In this document: positions 1 through 7,416 of the stretch, one piece after another
Position numbering within the stretch: the stretch's first letter is position 1
How the letters are laid out: each line of letters opens with the position of its first letter
NCBI GenBank assembly: GCA_963770935.1
Contig: CAVYRJ010000002.1
Span: forward strand, 1 to 20,374
Direction: 5' to 3'
Source of the DNA: Candidatus Bathyarchaeota archaeon
Lineage (GTDB): Archaea; Thermoproteota; Bathyarchaeia; Bathyarchaeales; Bathycorpusculaceae
Length of the DNA: 20,374 bases
Program-made: the position numbers and the translations under genes
The notes under the pieces: model-generated
Told to the model about the DNA's origin: nothing
The model's database searches: none
What the model saw: only the letters and a program-made list of their open reading frames with translations

Positions 1-377
1 CGGAGTCCACGGGATGCATGACCCAACTGAAGGAGGCATCCTAAACGGCATCCACGAAATGGCGGATTCGGCAGACTTAGGTGTAAGGATTTTTGAGGAA
101 AGAATTACTGTTGAGCCTGAGACTGCTAAAATTTGTAGGTTCTATGAAATTGACCCGACTACAGTTGATTAGTTCAGGTGCACTGCTAATAGCAGCTGAC
201 CCGCAAGCTGCTGATAAAATAATCGATTCCTTATGTCAAGAGCACATTTACGCTGACGTTATCGGTGAATTCAACCCAAACTCAAACAAACGGATACTCA
301 TGCGCGCCCTCAACGATTCTGCAGAGATGCTACCAAGACCTGTCTCAGACCACTTGTGGCTGGCGCTATCACGTTAA
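1..377 (+). CDS. AIR synthase (PurM/HypE-superfamily) related protein, C-terminal part; 5'-truncated by window, one apparent frameshift at ~158
   Basis: Frame from base 2 reads GVHGMHDPTEGGILNGIHEMADSADLGVRIFEERITVEPETAKICRFYEIDP. After skipping one base (~158) it continues LQLISSGALLIAAD...IGEF...PRPVSDHLWLALSR*. MHDPTEGG and DPL.LISSG.LL are PurM-like C-terminal domain motifs. Confidence 0.85.
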
Positions 378-1118
378 ACATGCCTTAAACCGCTTAGCGG
401 AAGTTGCAGGCTCCAGTAAAGCATGAAGATAGGGTAGAAAAATGTGTATTCAAACATGTGTGAATATAAAAGTCCGCACTTAAACTCAACGATGGCTTGC
501 GCGATGCCGTTTTGCAATTGCCAATTTTCCGGCGGCTTGTAATGCAAACAGTAAACGTTGTTGCCGACAACTATTTTGTAGCCGTGGGCTTTAATCCAAC
601 GCATGATGTAAGCGTCTTCGTAAGCGTGCAACTGGTCAGGAATCTGTATGCCTTCAACTGCTTTGTACAGAATTAGAGTGTCATGTGTCCCTCCGCGCAG
701 TTTAAAGCATTGGCGGGCAATCAATATTTGAAAATTTCAGGATTCGTCTGTCTCTAACGTTGGGAAGAACATCGACATTTAAACCCCATACCGCGCCTAC
801 ATCATCGGTTAAGTCTCCCTGCACTTTTTGAACCAGTCTTTGCAAAGGATCACGTCGCTGTCAACAAACATAAACCACTCCGTGGAAACATGCCTTATGC
901 CTTCAGTTCGGGCTTTAGCCCTTGAACCATCCAGTCTGAACCAACAAAATATTGCCGAATTTCCGATTGAACTTTTCCAGAATTTTAAGTGTGCGGTCAG
1001 TTGAGAAACCGTCGATTACAATTAAGGTTTTGAGGGGCACGTTTTGGTAGATGGAAGTTAAGCATTTTACCAGCAGGTGATCACTGTTTTTTGTCAGCAG
1101 TACTACGTCGACTTGCAT
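374..1118 (-). CDS. Glycosyltransferase family 2 (GT-A fold), interrupted by three apparent single-base indels (~931, ~825, ~732)
   Basis: Joined reading: MQVDVVLLTKNS...LIVIDGFSTDRTLKIL...VQT/DGSRAKARTEGIRHVSTEWFMFVDSDVILCKDWFK/VQGDLTDDVGAVWG...ILKF/QILIARQCFKLRGGTHDTLI...AYEDAYIMRWIKAHGYK. It has the D.GSTD.T motif, the DSD (DxD) motif and the ED catalytic-base motif. ATG 1118 is preceded by GAGGG. Confidence 0.85.
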
Positions 1119-1218
1119 AGGTGCCCTCAAATTAATCATTAAGCCTTATAGGTTGGCGATAACTTAAAAACCTAAACCTCAATTCACCAATCAGTACAAG
1201 GCTAAAGTCTAATAATGG

Positions 1219-1226
1219 TTTTTATA
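1219..1226 (+). promoter_or_regulatory. Putative TATA box of the radical SAM gene
   Basis: TTTTTATA ~33 nt upstream of ATG 1259. A TTTTTAAG on the minus strand (1163-1170) could serve the divergent GT2 gene. Confidence 0.35.
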
Positions 1227-1258
1227 GTCCCAATATGTGATTAGGTAATACCAATTAA

Positions 1259-2320
1259 ATGAATAGTGAAATCTATTTGACGTCAGGTTTCAAGAAAGCA
1301 GCATCAATAGCGGCACGTTCACTTGCTCCCGGCAGGCCTCATCATGCACAGTGGCTAGTTACAAGAAAATGCAACTATCGTTGTGTTGGCTGCAATGTCT
1401 GGAAAGAACAAGACCAAAGAGAACTCACAACTGAAGAAATTAAAAAAGGGCTACGCATTCTAAAAAAACTTGGAATATTTGAGCTCGTTTTTTCAGGTGG
1501 AGATCCGCTATTAAGAGATGACATAGGGGAAATAATAGAATATGCTTCAAGACTATTTGTCACAACTGTTTATGACAACGGAAGTATGGCTGAAAAGAAA
1601 CTTGATGTGCTTCGGAAAGTGGATTTCGTTGCAATTTCAATCGACAGCCTAGATGAAGCAAAGAATGATTATATTAAATCTGTGCCGGGGGCATGGAAAA
1701 ACGCGATTCAAGCCGTAGAAACCCTACATAAGGAAGGAATAAAAGTTAGTGTTACTCCAACAATTTCACAAAAGAACCTTTACGAAATTGTCGACATAAC
1801 CAACTATTTTACTGGAAAAGGAATCCCAGTTTGGTATTGCCTCTACGCATATGATACTTCCGCAGATAGCAAACAGCTGTTTAGGATTGGTAAAGCAAAC
1901 GATGAGTTTGTCATAACTGATAATCAAGCAATGGTTAACCTCTGCAACTCCTTGATAGAGATGAAGAAGAAAAACAAAAAAATCCTCATGACTAACATTC
2001 TGCTCGAAGCGCTTCGAGGCATCTATGAGGAAGACAGCAAAAGAACATGGAAATGCCAAGCGCTTAACCAGTTTCTAGTCGTTGATCACTTAGGCAGAGT
2101 TGCGGGCTGTCATAGTCACAACTTTGCGGGTTCAATCTTTGATTTACCTGAGAAATGGAAAAGCCCAGAATTCAAAGAGCTACGTGAAACATACCATGAA
2201 TGTACTCAATGCAATTACCTCTGCTACGTGTTCTATTCCATTCACGGAAGCCCATATGGTCACTTATCACTAGCGAAAGATCAGTGGAAAAACGCAAAGC
2301 TACTTTTCAAAAAGGACTAA
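1259..2320 (+). CDS. Radical SAM protein with C-terminal SPASM/twitch-like auxiliary Fe-S domain
   Basis: CNYRCVGC (CxxxCxxC), FSGGDPLLR (GGE-like motif), ISIDS, and C-terminal C-x17-C (ending AGC) ... CTQCNYLC. Confidence 0.9.
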   Translation: MNSEIYLTSGFKKAASIAARSLAPGRPHHAQWLVTRKCNYRCVGCNVWKEQDQRELTTEEIKKGLRILKKLGIFELVFSGGDPLLRDDIGEIIEYASRLFVTTVYDNGSMAEKKLDVLRKVDFVAISIDSLDEAKNDYIKSVPGAWKNAIQAVETLHKEGIKVSVTPTISQKNLYEIVDITNYFTGKGIPVWYCLYAYDTSADSKQLFRIGKANDEFVITDNQAMVNLCNSLIEMKKKNKKILMTNILLEALRGIYEEDSKRTWKCQALNQFLVVDHLGRVAGCHSHNFAGSIFDLPEKWKSPEFKELRETYHECTQCNYLCYVFYSIHGSPYGHLSLAKDQWKNAKLLFKKD

Positions 2321-2452
2321 GAATCCTTATTCTTAATGATGCAGGGATAATTCCTATTCGTTTGATAGTATTTCAAGAGATGGCGAATTTCTTGGTTTAT
2401 AGTTTTATGTTGTCTGGAACTTAGATCTAAAAGAAAGTTGTAATCGGCAAAA

Positions 2453-3064
2453 CTAAGCATTAGAATGCGAAAGCGCCACGTTATCGATTACTTTACATAG
2501 AACCTCGAAGACTTCGTTTGCGCTTAAATTATCGGTATCTAAGATGAAGTCAAATGGCTTAAAATCTTCGCCTAGTCCGAAACCATACAGCTCTCTGTAG
2601 ATGGCTTTGGTACGCGTTTCCTTCTCTTTTAACACTTTTCGCGCTTGAGATTCAGTCATTCCGTCTCTTACCGCAACCCTTGCTGCTCTCTTCTCAAATG
2701 ATGCAGCCAACCAGATTTTGAAGCCTTCCTTTAAGAGCCAAGGCATGGTCCAACTGTCCAAAAGAACATTGCCTTGTTGAGCATATTCTAAGAGTTTATC
2801 GTCGACTAACTTGTCGAATTTTGGGTCATTTATTCTTTCGTTAAGAAACTTTAATCCTTCCGGACTTTCCCACCAACCCCTAATGGAAACATCATAGCCT
2901 TCGTGTTTTGCAAGGTCTTTTAAAACGTCACCGCCAGAAAAATATCTCAGATTATACCGTTCAGCGAGTTTTTTGGATAGTGTACTTTTTCCGGTTCCAG
3001 CCATTCCTGAAATGCAAATTACTGTTTTTTTGGGGGCAGCGCATGTTTTTTGTCGTTCGGCCAT
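2453..3064 (-). CDS. cmk: Cytidylate kinase (archaeal type)
   Basis: ICISGMAGTGKSTL P-loop, YFSGG, KIWL.AS.E.RA.R..R, Y..LYG, D.I.DT..L. Start placed at ATG 3064, preceded by the GGTGA Shine-Dalgarno, rather than 3160, which lies inside the DUF106 gene. Position after DUF106 is the usual one. Confidence 0.9.
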   Translation of the reverse strand: MAERQKTCAAPKKTVICISGMAGTGKSTLSKKLAERYNLRYFSGGDVLKDLAKHEGYDVSIRGWWESPEGLKFLNERINDPKFDKLVDDKLLEYAQQGNVLLDSWTMPWLLKEGFKIWLAASFEKRAARVAVRDGMTESQARKVLKEKETRTKAIYRELYGFGLGEDFKPFDFILDTDNLSANEVFEVLCKVIDNVALSHSNA

Positions 3065-3087
3065 TTGGCGTTCACCGGGTTTCGAAA

Positions 3088-3588
3088 TCATATTGCGCCT
3101 TGTTCTATTGGCATTATGCCTATGATGCGTGAGGACAAGAGACCGAAGAACAGCGAGCAAATGGGATACCAGTAGAATACAGGAATTGCATTTGATGTGC
3201 TACTTGCCATTGTTCCGATGCCAGGTATGTAAGCCATCGGCGTGTTTCCAAATACTGGAGTTAACACTAAAAACCAAACTATGAGGTAAACGAAAGAGAT
3301 TCCAAACTGGACCATTTGGGGCTTCATCATCTTTGCTTGCATATTTTTTATCTGTGAATCTTTCCTCTTGAGTTTCTCAACCTGTTTTGTATCTTTTGCG
3401 CGCATGGCAGCCATGGTTTCTGAGCGGTATTCAGCCATTTCTCTCTGCATAACACGATATTGTTCCCAACCGATGAAGTAGTTAATCAAAACCCTATTTA
3501 TTCCAGAGTTTAAGAAAGCAATTCCAGCTGCAATAGCCATAATGATTAATGTTGCCAGAGGCAACGAAGTAACAACGACAGACATCAC
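3088..3588 (-). CDS. DUF106 / EMC3-TMCO1 family (Oxa1/YidC superfamily) membrane insertase
   Basis: TM1, then a charged coiled coil (MQREMAEYRSE...KLKRKDSQIKNMQAKMMKP), then TM2, then the WY...S motif in TM3. It sits at the usual position downstream of secY. Confidence 0.85.
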   Translation of the reverse strand: MMSVVVTSLPLATLIIMAIAAGIAFLNSGINRVLINYFIGWEQYRVMQREMAEYRSETMAAMRAKDTKQVEKLKRKDSQIKNMQAKMMKPQMVQFGISFVYLIVWFLVLTPVFGNTPMAYIPGIGTMASSTSNAIPVFYWYPICSLFFGLLSSRIIGIMPIEQGAI

Positions 3589-3732
3589 ATTTTTCCTCTT
3601 GCTGCTCTAAGTCTATGCCTACATGTTTCTTGTTAATAACTATTTTCACTTATTTACCAATTAAATTGGTCATGAAATCATTTTTTCAAATTAAGGAAAC
3701 TATTTCCAGCTACCGAGGTTCTAGATATCCAG

Positions 3733-3783
3733 TAACAAAAATAAATAGGGTATTCCCCAGAGCATAGGGTTTTATGGGGAACC
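3733..3783 (-). terminator. Putative terminator after secY
   Basis: Inverted repeat TTCCCCA (3753-3759) / TGGGGAA (3775-3781) starting just after the secY stop, followed on the minus strand by ATTTATTTTTGTT. Confidence 0.5.
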
Positions 3784-3789
3784 TTTAGG

Positions 3790-5229
3790 CTATTCGCCTA
3801 AAATTCTTCTAAACGCCGGGAACATTTCTGCAGCCCGCTCACGCATCAGCAACTCGTAATACTGATAGATGATCCCTACTGAAAGCAAGATACCTGTACC
3901 TGTACCGAAGGCGCCAAAGAAGTCTGAGAGCCCTGCTACGAGCCCAACAATTATGCCCCCTAACACTGTGACAACTGGAATGTATCGTTTGAGGATAGCT
4001 TCTATTGGTCTTCCTGACCGACGGTATCCTGGAATCTGCATACCACTGTCCATGAGTTGTTTTGCAACCTTTGCGGGTCCTAACCCACCTACCTCAAGCC
4101 AAATCAGTGAGAAGACGGCGCAGAACACTATTATGATGCCAAGGTACGCGGCAGCTTGTAAAGGGGCAGCGATGACGCCTTGCAGACTACGCGGCGCTGT
4201 AACGTAGTAGGCTAAACCGCCTACAGTTTCAACAGCACCTGAAGTAGCATTTTGGCTATAGTCACCTATTATTTGGAAAAATAAGTTGGTGCCTGGCGCA
4301 GGTCGTCCAAATTGGCTCCACAACAGTTGGCTGAAGAAATAAACGTTTGCGAACAAAGCTGAGGCGAATATGACGGGCAAGTTTGAGACGTATAATAGTT
4401 TAATTGGGTATCTGCTTCGGAAGCCTTTGTAGCCTGCGTAGCTCATTGGAAGCTCAATTCTTATGCCTTGTAAGTAAATGACAATTAGGAAGACTGCGAT
4501 AGTGGCAAAGAGCCCCAGCAGTGTTGGGTAGATGCTTGATGTTGAAGAGCCAAATATGTAAGTCAATATTGGATTACCAACATTGAAGGGTTCAGCGCCA
4601 CCAAAGTAAGCTGAAAGAGTGCCAACAAATAGTCCTGCGGGCGGCGAGAACATAGACCATAATATGGTTTGGGCAACGCCTGCCATGATAAATAGGCTGA
4701 TTCCGCTGCCTAGCCCCCAGCCTTTCTGAACGAGTTCATCCATTAGCATGACGATTATGCCTGCGGATATTAATTGTATAAAGATGACAAGGATTACGGG
4801 TCCTGTTAGGGTTGTTCCATACATGCCGCTTAGAATGTATGCGCCGGCTTGGACACCGGTTAATACTATACTGAAGACTTTGCTTGCTGAAGTAAAGAGC
4901 CCTCTGTCTTCAGAGGTTGACATGTCGCATTTGATAATTGATGAACCTGCAAGTAACTGCAAAATTAGCCCAGCCGTGACAATGGGTCCAATGCCAAGTT
5001 CCATCAGAGTACCACGGTTGGAGGCGAAAATTACTCTTAGCGATCCAAAGTTGTCAGAAACTGCTTTTTCAATCCCGAAGAGCGGGATTTCAGTCATAAC
5101 AAGGAAAACGACTAAGACAAGTGCGGTCCAGAAGATTTTTTCGTTAAAGCTGACTTTACGTTCAGGCTTTTTTATTTCAGGCAATACTCTTCCGATTGGT
5201 TTGAAGAGACTGAGGAATCTTCCGGCCAT
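3790..5229 (-). CDS. secY: Preprotein translocase subunit SecY (Sec61 alpha)
   Basis: LMELGIGPIVTAGLILQLL, DELVQKGWGLGSGISLFI, YPIKLLYVSNLPVI, GMQIPGYRR, GTGTGILLSV; about 10 hydrophobic segments. Confidence 0.99.
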   Translation of the reverse strand: MAGRFLSLFKPIGRVLPEIKKPERKVSFNEKIFWTALVLVVFLVMTEIPLFGIEKAVSDNFGSLRVIFASNRGTLMELGIGPIVTAGLILQLLAGSSIIKCDMSTSEDRGLFTSASKVFSIVLTGVQAGAYILSGMYGTTLTGPVILVIFIQLISAGIIVMLMDELVQKGWGLGSGISLFIMAGVAQTILWSMFSPPAGLFVGTLSAYFGGAEPFNVGNPILTYIFGSSTSSIYPTLLGLFATIAVFLIVIYLQGIRIELPMSYAGYKGFRSRYPIKLLYVSNLPVIFASALFANVYFFSQLLWSQFGRPAPGTNLFFQIIGDYSQNATSGAVETVGGLAYYVTAPRSLQGVIAAPLQAAAYLGIIIVFCAVFSLIWLEVGGLGPAKVAKQLMDSGMQIPGYRRSGRPIEAILKRYIPVVTVLGGIIVGLVAGLSDFFGAFGTGTGILLSVGIIYQYYELLMRERAAEMFPAFRRILGE

Positions 5230-5238
5230 TTAGCAGCT

Positions 5239-5649
5239 TTACTCTCCGTTTTTTTGGGAGGTTATGATTTTTCCGCCTGCTTGGGTGACTTTTTCTTGGG
5301 CGGTTTTTGAGCAGGTTGCTACTTGTATGGTTAGTGGCTTGGTTATTTTTCCTGTGCCTAAAAGTTTAGTGTAACCAAGCTGGGTTAGATTGATTTCAGA
5401 GCCTTGGGCTAGTTGGTCGAGTTTTATCAGGTTGATTGCGTTTTCGTTGGTGTGTAAACTCTGAGGTGAGGTGAAGCCGTGTTTTCCGAAGTAGTTGGGT
5501 TCAGATGTGACAACTAAGCTCCAAAGGTGTTTGTGGCGGCCGACTTTTCTTGCGCCTTTACTGCCGCTGTCTCGGTGTTGACCTATTCTTCCGTAACCTT
5601 GTGTCCTTGAGCCTCTAGTTTTCCTGATTTTTCTTAATTTATGTGGCAT
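5239..5649 (-). CDS. rpl15: 50S ribosomal protein uL15
   Basis: RKTRGSRTQGYGRIGQHR, YFGKHGF, LGYTKLLGTG, A.EK...AGG; immediately upstream of secY. Confidence 0.97.
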   Translation of the reverse strand: MPHKLRKIRKTRGSRTQGYGRIGQHRDSGSKGARKVGRHKHLWSLVVTSEPNYFGKHGFTSPQSLHTNENAINLIKLDQLAQGSEINLTQLGYTKLLGTGKITKPLTIQVATCSKTAQEKVTQAGGKIITSQKNGE

Positions 5650-6082
5650 TTTGATTCGCTTCTTTATCTAATGTTTGTGCTTTTTTAAGCTTGATTTCGA
5701 GCACGCCGTTCTTGAATTTGGTGTGCAATGCGTTTGGAATCACTACCGTCGGAAGATTTAAACTTTTATAGTATCTTCGATCTTTTGATTTTGCCGACAG
5801 CGTAATTTTTTGGTCTTTCACACATATCTTGAGGGTTTCCCTATTAAAGCCTACTATTTCTGCTACGATGGTAACGTAGTTGTTTTCTTGGAAGATGTCG
5901 ATTAGGGGTTTTTGGTCTTCAAATTTGCGTTTGGCAAAGCTTTTGGACGGGCGAAAACTTTGGTGTGATGGCATATTTTTTAATCGTTGATTTTTCTGGG
6001 GTGTTTTAGGTTTCTTGTAATTTAACTCGTTAAAATCTAGCCATTTACGATTCTTACTGGTTCTTCTCCATTTTGCACTCAT
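5639..6082 (-). CDS. Hsp20/alpha-crystallin family small heat-shock protein (atypical, basic N-terminus)
   Basis: KPLIDIFQE...IVAEIVG...RRYYKSLNLP...KFKNGVLEIKLKK matches the archaeal sHSP alpha-crystallin domain. A strong GGAGGGGG RBS precedes ATG 6082. It overlaps the uL15 start by 11 nt. Confidence 0.88.
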   Translation of the reverse strand: MSAKWRRTSKNRKWLDFNELNYKKPKTPQKNQRLKNMPSHQSFRPSKSFAKRKFEDQKPLIDIFQENNYVTIVAEIVGFNRETLKICVKDQKITLSAKSKDRRYYKSLNLPTVVIPNALHTKFKNGVLEIKLKKAQTLDKEANQNAT

Positions 6083-6215
6083 GTATCTTTCCCCCTCCGA
6101 TTAACTAACGAAAATCTCTGATGACATTATAAAATGTATCGCACATAAAGGATGACAAATTACTTGAACAACACGAAGCAAAATATCCATGAAAAAGTCG
6201 ATTGCACGCTAAGTT

Positions 6216-6241
6216 TTAGGGGTGGATCACATAACCCCTAA
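6216..6241. repeat. Perfect 8-bp inverted repeat with 10-nt spacer
   Basis: TTAGGGGT (6216-6223) - GGATCACATA - ACCCCTAA (6234-6241). Confidence 0.6.
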
Positions 6242-6645
6242 TTTTAAGCACTGAAATTCAACATGTTAATGACCTAAGAAAACACCAAACCGACCTGCCT
6301 TCTCAGATTTCAGAAATGAGTTTTAATATACCCTAAATGTGTCCGGCGAAAACATTGGCTCAAAGTGTGGTCACTATAACATTCACCTTCTCCTGTCTTT
6401 TTCACCTTATTTGCACCGCAACCTGAAGCCATAAAAACAACGAAAACTACCCAAATTAACCGTTTCTGAAGTGCTGAAAACGTTTCCACATCCCGCCGAT
6501 GAATGAGGCTTAAAAGAATACAAAAACCACCTAAACCCCTCCAGCCGGGTAGTAACCCTTGAATATTTGTATTACCTTAGGTATAATGTTCATTCTTCGC
6601 TTGAATAATTTAGCTCCCTAAAAACTGAAAGGAGGGATAACTTGA

Positions 6646-6834
6646 ATGTCAGCAAAATTTGAAATAATGAAAAACTATTATTCAGGGCGCTTTTTTTGGC
6701 GTTTTCTAGATGCGAACGGTGATGTAGTTACGCAGGCAGAATCCTATACAAGCAAAAAAGGCTGTATTGATGCAATAAATTTAGTTAAGACAGTTGCTCC
6801 AGTAGCTCCAATTATAGATTTAGTAAAGGAATAA
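6646..6834 (+). CDS. YegP/DUF1508 (UPF0339, HVO_2922-like) single-domain small protein
   Basis: KFEI.K...G.F.WRF.DANG.VV...ESY.SK.GC..AI..VK..AP.A.I.D is the DUF1508 signature. A GGAGGG RBS lies upstream. Confidence 0.85.
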   Translation: MSAKFEIMKNYYSGRFFWRFLDANGDVVTQAESYTSKKGCIDAINLVKTVAPVAPIIDLVKE

Positions 6835-6897
6835 CTATCAAAAAAACGAAAAGATTTTTCCAATAAAAAGGTAGTTTAAACCAATTAAGAGTTAATT

Positions 6898-6908
6898 AAA
6901 AACAAAAA
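6898..6908 (-). terminator. Oligo-T terminator candidate after uL30
   Basis: TTTTTGTTTTT on the minus strand ~18 nt after the uL30 stop, with a further T7 tract at 6840-6846. The region is convergent with the YegP-like gene. Confidence 0.45.
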
Positions 6909-6926
6909 TTTTTGGAAAACGCTGTT

Positions 6927-7415
6927 TTAGACCATGCGTTGGACTAATGCGTTTATTGCTTCTCCGCGGTAGCCTGCTTCGCCACCTGCTTTGAAGCCTT
7001 TTTTGGTTTTGCCCTTGTAGCCTTTACTTGGTGGATGCAGACGGAACCGTGCTTGTATGTCTGGAAGTTTGCCGTATTGTACTTTACAGCTAACTATGGC
7101 TTCTGCGAGGTCATCGACGCTTTTGTACCCAATTTTTGTGATGTATTCATCTGTTAGTTTTTTGTCGCCAGCTAGTAGCGCCCGTTTCTGGATCATCATG
7201 GCCACGGTTTCTTTTGTGGGTTCGCCGTAGGTGACGTAGCTGTTTATGCGTTGCAGCATGCCTTTGTAGGCTGGTCGGCTGTCGATTAGGACTGCGTGGT
7301 TTGTATGGCTTAAGTGGAGCAGATTAAGGGTTTCTCTGGCTTCACGCTGAGCACTCACGGTGCCTCTGATTCTGACTACAACAAGAGGCTTGCATTCTTC
7401 AGTTTTCTGCGACAT
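6927..7415 (-). CDS. rpl30: 50S ribosomal protein uL30
   Basis: VVRIRGTV...TL.LLHL, GMLQR..SYVTYGE, FRLHPPSKGY, GGEAGYRGEAINALV.RM. Confidence 0.97.
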   Translation of the reverse strand: MSQKTEECKPLVVVRIRGTVSAQREARETLNLLHLSHTNHAVLIDSRPAYKGMLQRINSYVTYGEPTKETVAMMIQKRALLAGDKKLTDEYITKIGYKSVDDLAEAIVSCKVQYGKLPDIQARFRLHPPSKGYKGKTKKGFKAGGEAGYRGEAINALVQRMV

Positions 7416-7416
7416 T

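Noticed and set aside
93-377. 94-aa ORF MRKELLLSL... as a standalone gene
   Set aside because: Its N-terminus is off-frame sequence; only the part after ~159 belongs to the frameshifted AIR-synthase-like gene.
374-1139. Two separate small genes (374..724 and 915..1139) or a true GT2 pseudogene
   Set aside because: They join into one GT2 with intact motifs after three single-base corrections, and similar indels occur in essential genes.
3065-3160. 32-aa N-terminal extension of Cmk
   Set aside because: It overlaps the DUF106 gene, and ATG 3064 has a GGTGA RBS and gives a typical length.
3869-5233. Plus-strand ORFs 3869..4207 and 4748..5233
   Set aside because: Antisense shadows of secY with no recognisable motifs.
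6083-6926. Mobile element or IS as the cause of the operon interruption
   Set aside because: No transposase or integrase ORF, terminal inverted repeats or target-site duplication was seen.
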